DNA of 21,604 nucleotides from Planctomycetota bacterium (GTDB lineage: Bacteria; Planctomycetota; GCA-002687715; DRQF01), in contig JAZGFI010000221.1 of the NCBI GenBank assembly GCA_036479435.1, forward strand, positions 1 through 21,604, given 5' to 3'. Below are positions 1 to 8,634 of this stretch, piece after piece (positions within the stretch are counted from its first letter, which is position 1; every line of letters begins with the position of its first letter). A model generated the notes under the pieces. It was not told the origin of the DNA. It was given only the letters and a program-made list of their open reading frames with translations, and did no database searches. The position numbers and the translations under genes were made by a program.

Positions 1-11
1 GGATCGGGCAT
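1..11 (-). CDS. Probable 5' start (MPD...) of a third gene of the DUF6603-like operon, truncated by the window edge
   Basis: The minus strand reads GAAGGGGCT-TGA-ATC-ATG-CCC-GAT-CC. An ATG lies 3 nt after the stop of the 1147-aa ORF, with a purine-rich SD-like stretch upstream. Only 3 full codons are visible. Confidence 0.4.
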
Positions 12-14
12 GAT

Positions 15-3000
15 TCAAGCCCCTTCGTCAGAGTCGATGGAGTTGATGAGGTTGGCGCCCTTATAGGCGACTCGAATAGCGTTCTGCAGTAAGACACGGG
101 CGACAACGCTGCTGCTCGACGGCGGCCACGCCACACTGTCTGGCGGCGGGTCGGAACGCGTCTCAGAGATCTGAAATGAGTTTCCACCGGTCAAGATGAA
201 CTGGTCATTGCTGAGTTGAACATCGTCCCAGTCGAGGTCGTTGCGTGCTTCTATTGCGGCCGGCGCATCCTGGTCGGCAGCATCGAGCCCAAAACGTGGG
301 GCGGTCGGGTTCTCGGCGATGAAGAACCACCACTTGCCCGCCTCAACTTCTTCCTTCGTCAAGTTGAAGCCGACCAACATGATGTCGGGGCTTAGATGGG
401 CTTGGAACAACACGCGACCTAGATCACTGGCGATGCTTTCGTCCGAACTGGCACTGGGATTGGGTGCTTTGAAAATCGGAGTCTGGTCATCCGAATTGCC
501 CTGCTGGAGGGCCATCATGATGGCGTCGGGATAGCGTTTCACGAGTTCGCCGCGAACGACAAACACCACGAAGGGTTTGTTGCCGAGGGCGAGGTGATTG
601 CCAAGGCGCGTGGGACCGAAGCGGTGGATCGGACCGGCGAGATCGTCGCGGTCGTCTTCCCAGAATCTTTTGAAGTAAGTGCCCCGTTGATCCGTGGGGT
701 AGCCACGCCAAAGAAGTTCACGCCCCATCTCGTCGGAAAGCCCGAGGAAAAAGGCCTCAATGAAGGCGGGATTAGACTCGAGCAAAGTGACGAAATTACT
801 TTTGGCAATCTTACCCAGGCCCGGCACCAGCCAATCTCGATCGTAGGCATCGAGCGCTTCAAACATGGGTCGGTCGAATTTGGGCGCGGCCATAATGGGG
901 CGCACTTGCCGGTCGCTAAACCAATCCGGCGGGAGCCAAGCGGGGATGCGTTTCAAGAGCCCCTCGATCAGACTTGTAAACGTGACGGCGGGCTCCACCT
1001 GCGCCAGCAAAGTGCTTTTACTGATTGCGAGACCCTGTCGTTGTCGAGGTGCAGGTAGGGTCTTGATGCCGAGGTCCTGGACGGCTTCTGCGAGCTGCAG
1101 CGACAGGCTGCGAAGGCTGATCTGGGCGCTGCTTTTGAGAGCGTTGCTAAGAGCGCTCGAATCTTGGGAACCAAACCCCGCAAGTAGATCTCGCCTGCGG
1201 CCAAGGTTGGCGTCGAATGCTCGCCTGAACTGCGGGCGGTTTGAGAGGGGGCTTGAGGCCGCTAGACCGCCGGGCAACAAAGGGCCCAGGCGACGTCGGC
1301 GCGGATTGATGATGCGAACATCGTTGCCGCGAGGGCCCACGTTGAGATCTGGGAGCACATCGTTCACGCGATCCAAGATTGGCTTACTCAAGCGTTTCAG
1401 ACCGGGAATGCCGCTGGTTGCGAGTCCTGCCACCAGGCCGCCCAAGGATTCGGTCTGAATGAGATCAGGGTCGCGACCTTCGACCGCTTCAATGATCGGA
1501 CGGATGCGGCCCACAAGCTTCTCCGCTCCGATCTTTCCGGGGTTGATGTGACCGCGCGGGACCTGCCAGGTGTTCACGGGGGCGAGCAACTGGTCTGAAA
1601 GCGTCGCCTCGTTTCTAAGCGTCGCTTGGCGAGTCTCAAAGGTGGCACGCGCACGATTATGAGAGACTTTGAGAACTTCGCCGAGCACCTCATTCGAGAT
1701 GGTCGATAGAGTCTCTGGACTAATGCCACGCACGCCATCGGGTTCCGAGTAGGGCCGCCTGGAATCGATGAGGCCGGCTTCGTCGGCGACTTGGCCGAGA
1801 GGCGCCTGCAGGGCGAAGTCCTTCGCGAATTGTCCCAAGGCCCCGCGGGGTTGAGTCGCGCGACGAAAGCTCCACTTCAGCGCGGCCGGTGCCGTGAAGC
1901 TTTTATTGATCGCGGCGGCGAGCGTCAGATCGTCGCCTTGAATCTTCAGCTTCCCGTGGACGTTTTGAGTGATCTGAGCGAGGCCTGAGAAGGAAATCTT
2001 CGCTAGGTGCTTGCTGTGAATCGACGTGGATAGATAGCGGGCGAATTGCAGTAAATGCAAACGACGGTTAGCTCGGTCGATGCCACCCACTTGGGCCCAA
2101 GCGGACTGCATGAGCGCCTCTTGGTCTTTCTGCACGACGCGGGTGCCGAGTCCAGCAACGATGCGGTGTACCGGAGTCGTATTGAGTTGTTGGAACCAGT
2201 CAAAGTCGCTGATGCCGTCGACTCGGCTAGCCCCGCGGTGAAATCGTCCGTAGATACGCGGACCGATTCTGGGCAAGTCATCGGTGGCAAGATCCGAATT
2301 GAGAGTTTGCTCGTCGGGACGGTTGATACGTGCTCGGAGGGCATGGCGATCCGCCGCCTCCCATTCGGCGTTGTCGTCAGGGCTATTCGGCGGGGCGATG
2401 TTGGGCGAAAAGATGGCGCATTTTAGAACTTGGACGCGACCCGGAGCTTGGGGATCGAGGTTGGGCAAGTCCCCCTTGGGATGCGCGGCGTCGATGAACC
2501 GTCGACCTACTTCCCAGGGTGCGAGAATGGGCTTGAGTTTGCGCGAAAGCTCCTCGAAGGCGCCGCCCTTTGCGGTCCGAAAACGCCAATGGTCGTAGAC
2601 GGGAAGCGTGATCTCTTGCGCGTCATCGCCGAGAGTTCTGATCCATGCTTTATTCAGGGTGCCGCCAGGCAGGTTGAGGCCGGTTTTCACGCCGCAATCA
2701 TATGTGGGAACCAGGCAAGCGACGTAGTTCTTGCCATCCTCAAGGCGCCGTGGGCACAGCAAGCGTGCGAGGTTGACGGGGGCGTAACCTTCACCGAGGC
2801 GATCTTTGAGACTCGGAGTGGCGAGGTCGCTGCCGAGCCCGAAACTCCCATCGGGGCGGATGCTCACCGAAGGGTCGCTGCCCGTGTCGCCAATAACTTG
2901 GGCATGGGCAAAGGCCCAGGCGTTGCTGAGGGGTTGTAATTCACCCTTGATGGTCTTGACGCGCACAGGAAATCCCGAGGGCGCCGACGAAAACGCAGCG

Positions 3001-3458
3001 TGCTTACTTTCGAGAACGACCAGGGTCATCCAAGGGTCAAGGCGCTCTTGCTGTGCACCGGCCGCGGGGAAGGGTGTGTAAAGCCAGGGTAGCTCTGGAC
3101 GATCGAACTCAATATGGGCCAGAAAGCCCTCCTCGGCATCACTCGTGTCGGGGGCCGGGTAGCGCTTGATGACCTGGGATTTCTCAATGCCAAGCACATC
3201 GCTGGGGCCGCGGAGGGTCAGCGTCTTAGCCACGGGGACGCTGCGACCTTCGTCGTCTTCGATATCGACTTCGACGCTTACTTTAGCTCGCAGCTCGCCA
3301 CTGGCGGGTGCTTGCACGATGGCTGAGAATCCCTGGCGCACCCAAGGGAGGTAGGTGTAGACCCCGAGCTGGGTGTATTCTGGTTTGTAGATCGTCTTGG
3401 CGATGGAGGCAAAGGCATCGTTGACGAAGTTTGCGCTTTGCGAGAATGATCCGCTCAT
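15..3458 (-). CDS. Large hypothetical protein (1147 aa), partner of the DUF6603-like protein
   Basis: Long ORF whose ATG overlaps the upstream TGA (ATGA at 3455-3458). Motif-like blocks include YLPWVRQG, EFDRPELPWLYTP, LPVYDHWRFRT, ELLWRGYPTDQRGTYF, VRGELVKRYP and PRFGLD; I recall these from hypothetical proteins encoded next to DUF6603 genes. No signal peptide or obvious catalytic motif. Confidence 0.85.
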   Translation of the reverse strand: MSGSFSQSANFVNDAFASIAKTIYKPEYTQLGVYTYLPWVRQGFSAIVQAPASGELRAKVSVEVDIEDDEGRSVPVAKTLTLRGPSDVLGIEKSQVIKRYPAPDTSDAEEGFLAHIEFDRPELPWLYTPFPAAGAQQERLDPWMTLVVLESKHAAFSSAPSGFPVRVKTIKGELQPLSNAWAFAHAQVIGDTGSDPSVSIRPDGSFGLGSDLATPSLKDRLGEGYAPVNLARLLCPRRLEDGKNYVACLVPTYDCGVKTGLNLPGGTLNKAWIRTLGDDAQEITLPVYDHWRFRTAKGGAFEELSRKLKPILAPWEVGRRFIDAAHPKGDLPNLDPQAPGRVQVLKCAIFSPNIAPPNSPDDNAEWEAADRHALRARINRPDEQTLNSDLATDDLPRIGPRIYGRFHRGASRVDGISDFDWFQQLNTTPVHRIVAGLGTRVVQKDQEALMQSAWAQVGGIDRANRRLHLLQFARYLSTSIHSKHLAKISFSGLAQITQNVHGKLKIQGDDLTLAAAINKSFTAPAALKWSFRRATQPRGALGQFAKDFALQAPLGQVADEAGLIDSRRPYSEPDGVRGISPETLSTISNEVLGEVLKVSHNRARATFETRQATLRNEATLSDQLLAPVNTWQVPRGHINPGKIGAEKLVGRIRPIIEAVEGRDPDLIQTESLGGLVAGLATSGIPGLKRLSKPILDRVNDVLPDLNVGPRGNDVRIINPRRRRLGPLLPGGLAASSPLSNRPQFRRAFDANLGRRRDLLAGFGSQDSSALSNALKSSAQISLRSLSLQLAEAVQDLGIKTLPAPRQRQGLAISKSTLLAQVEPAVTFTSLIEGLLKRIPAWLPPDWFSDRQVRPIMAAPKFDRPMFEALDAYDRDWLVPGLGKIAKSNFVTLLESNPAFIEAFFLGLSDEMGRELLWRGYPTDQRGTYFKRFWEDDRDDLAGPIHRFGPTRLGNHLALGNKPFVVFVVRGELVKRYPDAIMMALQQGNSDDQTPIFKAPNPSASSDESIASDLGRVLFQAHLSPDIMLVGFNLTKEEVEAGKWWFFIAENPTAPRFGLDAADQDAPAAIEARNDLDWDDVQLSNDQFILTGGNSFQISETRSDPPPDSVAWPPSSSSVVARVLLQNAIRVAYKGANLINSIDSDEGA

Positions 3459-6403
3459 GCGAGGGCTCCGGGGGCGACAAGCTCGAGCTCGGCATCGATG
3501 TTCAAGGCGGTGTGAGCGTCGGCGAGTTCAATTGCGGTCGTGTAGTTGTAGGAATTGGCCTCGGCACTAACCGCGCCAAGGTCTTCGCGGAATCTCAAAA
3601 CGCGGTCTTTGGACGAGCTAAGTTCGATCTCATCAACGATCTGTTGGGCGTAGGCGTTGCCGCGATTGCGCGCCCCTATAGAAACGGCTCCGGCTCTTAC
3701 CGCAGCACCTTTCATGCGTGCGTTCATGAGCACGGCATGAGGGGGGCTCAGGAAGTGCCATTGCCGGTCGGGTCGAAGAACGGCAGTTTCCCACTCGTAG
3801 CTCACCGAACTCGAAGGACCACAACTTGGAGCTGATGTGGCGACGACTTTCATCCCCGCGGGCATGCTCTCGAATGAGGGCCGCGAAACCTGTTCGTCCT
3901 CGCTCAACTCCATGAATTGTCCCGGTGCGAACAGGTCTTCGGCGTGAGACACCAGATTGGCGTCGACGCCTTCGAGTCTGACCGCGGCGAGATTGACGCG
4001 CTTGGCGTCGGGGCGGCTTTGGCCGATACGTTCGATGTTGGTTTCGAGCGGGAGTTTCGCCTGCTTGACCTCAAGTGAGCCTAAGGGGTGGACGAGCAGT
4101 GGCGTTTGATCGTCTTCGATGAGCTTGACCAATGTCTCGGTGCCAGCGGGCAGAATCGGTTTCCAAACTTCGTCGTCCTCAAGCGCCTCGGCGACCACTC
4201 CGATCGCCGATATGGAGGGCAAGGTGCTGCTGTCAGAATCACCCCAAGTGAAGGGCCCGAGGTCGAACTCGATATCCCACCAGAGCACAGAGACGCTCGC
4301 GTAGCCTTCGATGGACCAAGGGTTCGTGCCCTTGAGGGTGCCTTTGAAGTCAACTCCGAAAAGATCGAAGCCGAAGGCCGAGATGGATAGGCCCGCCGTG
4401 ATGCGAACTTCGAAGTAAAAGCGCGGCGCCCATCGAAAAAGGGCATCCAAGGTAAGCCAGCCCTTGCCTTTTACGGGGCCGAGCTTGGCGTTGAGATGGA
4501 TGCCAGCCCCGAACTGCAGGGAGTTGGTAGTGATGGCAAAGTAACCTTCGGCGCGCAGCGACAGCCATTTGGCGGGCGAAAGGTCGACCGTGATCTTGCG
4601 AAGGCCCTGGAGGACGGCGGGAGCTTCATAGCCGGGGAAGAATCCTCCGACACTGATGGCAAAGTCCGCACCACCGGCCCAACGGATGTAGATTCCCATG
4701 TCGCCGCTAACGGAGATTCCCGCGAGCTTGGAATTACTGATGCCAATGAGCACCAGCATGTACTCAGGCGTGAATTCGCCGTAGACCTCAGCCTTCAGGT
4801 CGACGATCTTAAGGCCGTCCGGGACCTTCGTTGAAGGCACCCCGATTTCGATCGCGCCGAGGATGATTAGTTTTGGATCAGGCAACGAAAGGATGATGCC
4901 AACCTTAGCTTTGACAAAGCCAGCCTGAGATCCCCATCCCAACTCTCCAATGGGGCCCACCGCAAAGGCACCTTCTTGGGCGGGGAAGACCTTTTTGACC
5001 TTCTCAAGAATCGTGTTGGCAGCGTCGATGGGGTTTTTGGGAAAGAGCAAAGTCGCGGCCGTGCCGTCGCGAATGCCCTTGCGCAACTCATCCGTCGAGA
5101 CGCGACGTTCGACCGCCAAGATGCCGCCCAAGCCGTTGAGCGTGAAGCCCAATCCGAGATCAATCGCCGGTGAAAACTGGACCGACAAGATGACCACGAA
5201 GGAGAAGGGATCGGTGACCATCAATCCGATAGCGGTGATGCGGAAGTCGCCGATCTTCAAATCGAGAATGCCGCTGTACTCGTTGTCTTCGCGTCTGATG
5301 AATCCGCCGCCGCTGACGATGCCCGCATTGACCCGAACGCCAAGACCGTCCGGAAGCCGCGGTGAAAACTCGAGGTGGTCATTGCTGGCTTCATCCCAAC
5401 GCACGGTCACCCCGGCGCCTTCAACGACGATGCCCAGGGCGTCGCCGAGTTTCGCGGCTAAAGTCGCGGTGACTTCAAAGCGATCGTCGGCTTCCTCTTC
5501 ATCTTCGTTGGGGAGAGCGATGGCGAATTCCCGAAGCTCGATTCCCGGGAAGGAGAAACTGACGGGTAGAGTGAGTTTGCGGTTCTTGCCCGGCCCAAAG
5601 GTGAGGCCGTCATCGGAATCGAGCTGGATCATCGTCGATTCGGCCGTTGGATTGGCACCATTAGGAATGACTTTTTCGAGCAACTTATCTGAGCGCAGAC
5701 CGGCTTGCATTTTGGTGCGGAAGCGTAGGCCCACATTGGCTTTGTCTTTGTAGTTGAAGAACGCGAGGAGCGTCATCTGTTGGAGATTGAAGACGCCGAA
5801 ATCCCGGTGATCGATTTGGGCGATCTCAAAGCGAAGCTCTTTGTTGGCGCGATCGAAAGTAAGGGCATCTCCCAATTCTTGGGAGGCGTTGTTCATGCCG
5901 AATAGTTGCTCGACGATATCGTCAAAGGCGCCGCCAAGGCCCGCCGCCACGTCGCGGAAGGGCGCTTTCCAAGGCTCGGTAATGCCCTCGATTGCGTTTT
6001 TGATTGCCGGCTGAACGACGCCGGCGGCGTTTTTGGATAGCTCGGTTGCGACGATGGTCAAGGCTTCGTCCGAGGCGATCATTAGAAAGGCCAGCTCGGT
6101 CGCGGCACGGCCCGCTGCCTCGATGGTGAAGGGGTCCGTCTGCAACTCGGTCGCCATGTTTTGCGCTGCCACCTTGGCCGCGTTGATCTTGGGCGTGATG
6201 AGCGGGATGACGGGCTGAACCACACCGCTGAGGTTGTCGACGTCGTCTTTTAGTGAGTCCCATGCCGGGCCGCTCGGGGCATCTGTGAAAATGGAAGTGA
6301 TAAACGAACCCGAGTCACTGAAAGTCGTTCCCACGAAGTTGGAGGCTCGCGTTTCGCCAAACGCCAACACTCCTTGCACAAGACCAGTCCATACGTCCGT
6401 CAT
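3455..6403 (-). CDS. DUF6603-like beta-strand-rich large protein (~982 aa)
   Basis: Start revised from TTG 6478 to ATG 6403 (MTDVW...), which has a GGAGAGG SD upstream. The protein has an N-terminal helical region, then long runs of amphipathic beta strands (GGGFI, LGLGFTLNGLGG, SVGGFFPGY, YFAITTNSLQFG, FDLFGVDFKGTLKGTNPW) and a C-terminal VHPLGSLEVKQ...FAPGQFMELS...PSFESMPAG block, all matching my recollection of DUF6603 proteins. Confidence 0.8.
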   Translation of the reverse strand: MTDVWTGLVQGVLAFGETRASNFVGTTFSDSGSFITSIFTDAPSGPAWDSLKDDVDNLSGVVQPVIPLITPKINAAKVAAQNMATELQTDPFTIEAAGRAATELAFLMIASDEALTIVATELSKNAAGVVQPAIKNAIEGITEPWKAPFRDVAAGLGGAFDDIVEQLFGMNNASQELGDALTFDRANKELRFEIAQIDHRDFGVFNLQQMTLLAFFNYKDKANVGLRFRTKMQAGLRSDKLLEKVIPNGANPTAESTMIQLDSDDGLTFGPGKNRKLTLPVSFSFPGIELREFAIALPNEDEEEADDRFEVTATLAAKLGDALGIVVEGAGVTVRWDEASNDHLEFSPRLPDGLGVRVNAGIVSGGGFIRREDNEYSGILDLKIGDFRITAIGLMVTDPFSFVVILSVQFSPAIDLGLGFTLNGLGGILAVERRVSTDELRKGIRDGTAATLLFPKNPIDAANTILEKVKKVFPAQEGAFAVGPIGELGWGSQAGFVKAKVGIILSLPDPKLIILGAIEIGVPSTKVPDGLKIVDLKAEVYGEFTPEYMLVLIGISNSKLAGISVSGDMGIYIRWAGGADFAISVGGFFPGYEAPAVLQGLRKITVDLSPAKWLSLRAEGYFAITTNSLQFGAGIHLNAKLGPVKGKGWLTLDALFRWAPRFYFEVRITAGLSISAFGFDLFGVDFKGTLKGTNPWSIEGYASVSVLWWDIEFDLGPFTWGDSDSSTLPSISAIGVVAEALEDDEVWKPILPAGTETLVKLIEDDQTPLLVHPLGSLEVKQAKLPLETNIERIGQSRPDAKRVNLAAVRLEGVDANLVSHAEDLFAPGQFMELSEDEQVSRPSFESMPAGMKVVATSAPSCGPSSSVSYEWETAVLRPDRQWHFLSPPHAVLMNARMKGAAVRAGAVSIGARNRGNAYAQQIVDEIELSSSKDRVLRFREDLGAVSAEANSYNYTTAIELADAHTALNIDAELELVAPGALA

Positions 6404-6460
6404 GCCGATCGCCTCTCCGGTTGCGCGCCCTGTCTGAACAAGACGCATCCGTCCTAAGAG

Positions 6461-6479
6461 ATTGACCACAAGGGTCAAT
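6461..6479. promoter_or_regulatory. Perfect inverted repeat ATTGACC-N5-GGTCAAT, candidate operator upstream of the DUF6603-like operon
   Basis: 7-bp arms at 6461-6467 and 6473-6479, about 60 bp upstream of the ATG at 6403. Each arm contains a -35-like TTGACC. Confidence 0.4.
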
Positions 6480-6707
6480 TAGGCGGCGCGTCCTTTGAGA
6501 TTAGCGGTGGCGGCGCGAAATCCCGTCCTCAAAACTTGGACAGGATCTCGCAAAGAAGCTCGAAAAAGTGGCGGTAACCCGAATGAACTCGAGATGCGAT
6601 TTTGTTCAAACGGAGTCTGTGACTTCGAAGGTCAAGGCGATCGCTTGCCAGAAAGTGATAGTGCTAGAGCTTCGTTCGATTGTGGCGGCGGTGGCGTCCG
6701 CAAGATG

Positions 6708-8429
6708 TTAGAGACCTTGGATTTCGGTGGCGTCGGTTGCCGTGAAGAAGGGGTTTCCAGATTGAGCGCTGGGGGCCAGAACGAAGCCCTGGAACATGAT
6801 GCTGAATCCGGAAAGGAAGACGGGCATGACATAGAGCATGGTGATGCCGTCATTGGGAAGAAGGCTTGGAGGAAAAGGGGAGGCGCTTCCGTCGAAGAGA
6901 ACGATGACGGCAAAGGCCTCAAAGGGGGAGGGGTTCACCCAAGCTTCTGGGAAGCCGAGGGGTTGAGTGATGGAGGTTCCCGTCATCTTAGGTTGGGCCA
7001 CGAGCAGTGGGATGGTGTTTTCGTAATCGCGGCGCGAGCCGAAGAAGACCTCGAGCAGGTCGCCACCGTTGGCAGTTTTGACGTCCGGAAAACGCGTTGG
7101 GGAGCCGTTGACGCCGGTCGCAATGACCAAGTCGCTGCCGGAGCCAGGATAAGTCGACGCCGGAAAGGAGTAGATCAAGACACTGCCGCTGTCGATGAGT
7201 CCGTTGGGATCGGCGAAGGGCGAGCCCGCGATGATCTCGGGTATTCCGTCTCCAGTGATGTCGCCAATGGATGCGAAGCGGTCTTGAATGTTGGCGAAGG
7301 CTTCGGGCCCCTTGGCTTGGTGAAAAAGCGTGCCGTCCGAGCCTGAGAACACTGATAGAACGCCAAACGATCCAAAGTCTTTGGCCCCAACAATGAGCTC
7401 ATTGATGCCGTCGCCATTGAGGTCGCCAGCGGAACTAACCGTGGTGCCAAAGGAATCTCCCGGCTGCTCGCCGAGGAACTGGAATAGTATCGATCCATCC
7501 TGTCCGGAATAGACCGTGGCGCTGCCGGAACTCGCGGGACTGAGGCTATCGGTGGAAGTGCCCACGCAAAAATCGCTATGGCCGTCCCCGTTGATGTCGC
7601 CAAGGCCGGTCACGGACTTGCCGAAGGGTTGCCCGGAAGTGGCGCTGCTTAAAGTGTAGAGCACTGAGCCGTCGAAGCCAGAGAACACGCGGGCGTATCC
7701 GTCAGGCGTGGTCGCAATGGCTTGAGTTCCACAGATCACATCGTCGAAGCCGTCGTTGTTGACATCACCGGCACCGGCGACCCGGTAACCGAGGCTCTCA
7801 TTGCTGTTGCCCATGAAAGTGTGGATAAGCGTGCCGTCAAGACCAGAGTAGATGCTGACGGTTCCCGAACTGGAACCGTTCGCTTCGTCTTTGAAGGCTC
7901 CAATGACGATGTCTGGGCGTCCGTCGCCATTGACGTCGCCGGCCGATGCCACCGACCAACCGAAGAAGTCGGAGTTGTCGTCGCCGTTAAAGGTGTACAA
8001 GGCCGTGCCGTCGAAGCCGGAGTAAACATAGACGCGTCCGACTCCGAGGCCATTGGGGTAGCCGTGGGAGCCCACGATGACATCGTCAAATCCATCGTTA
8101 TTGACATCGCCCGCCGCTGCGACTGAAGTCCCCATGAAGGCCGCGGTACTCTCGCCCGAAAAGCTGTAAAGAACGCTGCCATTGGCACCGGAATAGACCC
8201 TCGCGCGGCCCGCACTTGCAAACGCTGAACTCTCGTTCTGGGCGCCGATGATGTAGTCGGCGATGCCGTCGTTGTTGACGTCACCTGCTGCCGACGCTGA
8301 GAACCCGAACCTCTCGCCCGCGGTCGAGCCGTCGATTCGAAGGAGTTCAGGTGTCCGTAGCTGAGCCATCACTGAAGCACTGGTGAAGATGATAGCGGCG
8401 ATAAGTAGGTATCCGTGGCGCATGAGCAT
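6708..8429 (-). CDS. Secreted FG-GAP / integrin-alpha-like seven-repeat beta-propeller protein with C-terminal domain (~573 aa)
   Basis: Start revised to ATG 8429 (or 8423), giving the signal peptide MLMRHGYLLIAAIIFTSASVMA-Q. Seven FGxSV(A)xxGD(V/I/L)NxDGxxD/E repeats carry DxNxDG Ca-binding loops. A ~145-aa non-repeat C-terminal domain follows. Confidence 0.9.
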   Translation of the reverse strand: MLMRHGYLLIAAIIFTSASVMAQLRTPELLRIDGSTAGERFGFSASAAGDVNNDGIADYIIGAQNESSAFASAGRARVYSGANGSVLYSFSGESTAAFMGTSVAAAGDVNNDGFDDVIVGSHGYPNGLGVGRVYVYSGFDGTALYTFNGDDNSDFFGWSVASAGDVNGDGRPDIVIGAFKDEANGSSSGTVSIYSGLDGTLIHTFMGNSNESLGYRVAGAGDVNNDGFDDVICGTQAIATTPDGYARVFSGFDGSVLYTLSSATSGQPFGKSVTGLGDINGDGHSDFCVGTSTDSLSPASSGSATVYSGQDGSILFQFLGEQPGDSFGTTVSSAGDLNGDGINELIVGAKDFGSFGVLSVFSGSDGTLFHQAKGPEAFANIQDRFASIGDITGDGIPEIIAGSPFADPNGLIDSGSVLIYSFPASTYPGSGSDLVIATGVNGSPTRFPDVKTANGGDLLEVFFGSRRDYENTIPLLVAQPKMTGTSITQPLGFPEAWVNPSPFEAFAVIVLFDGSASPFPPSLLPNDGITMLYVMPVFLSGFSIMFQGFVLAPSAQSGNPFFTATDATEIQGL

Positions 8430-8634
8430 GTTTGGGTCTCGGTTTTGATTTGGACGTGGTGCTAGGGTGGCGGGAGCTAAGGGTGGAAACGCGGTGCGGC
8501 AGCGAGGCCGGTGAAAGAAGAGCCAGGTTTTTTGGTTGGTAACAGCGAGGTACGATCGCAGCGTACACCATCGTCGGCGAAAGCTCAAACCATAAGGAGC
8601 CAGAAGCCGGGGCTAAGCCAATCTGGAGGAATTG

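Noticed and set aside
4950..5753. 267-aa plus-strand ORF and other nested ORFs within the giant genes
   Set aside because: Antisense or alternate-frame shadows with Ser/Pro/Arg-biased composition.
6495..7346. 283-aa plus-strand ORF
   Set aside because: Mostly antisense to the well-supported FG-GAP gene, with no motifs. It is a typical high-GC shadow ORF.
7200..8330. Recurrent GCCGTCGTTGTTGAC-like DNA repeats as a possible CRISPR array
   Set aside because: They are degenerate and in frame, and they encode the FG-GAP GDVNxDG motifs. There are no identical repeats with spacers and no cas genes.
8430..8588. N-terminal extensions in the ORF track (also 6404-6478, 10248-10322, 15190-15291, 18724-18789)
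   Set aside because: Downstream ATGs have better SD sequences and/or put the signal peptide or family N-terminus at the start.
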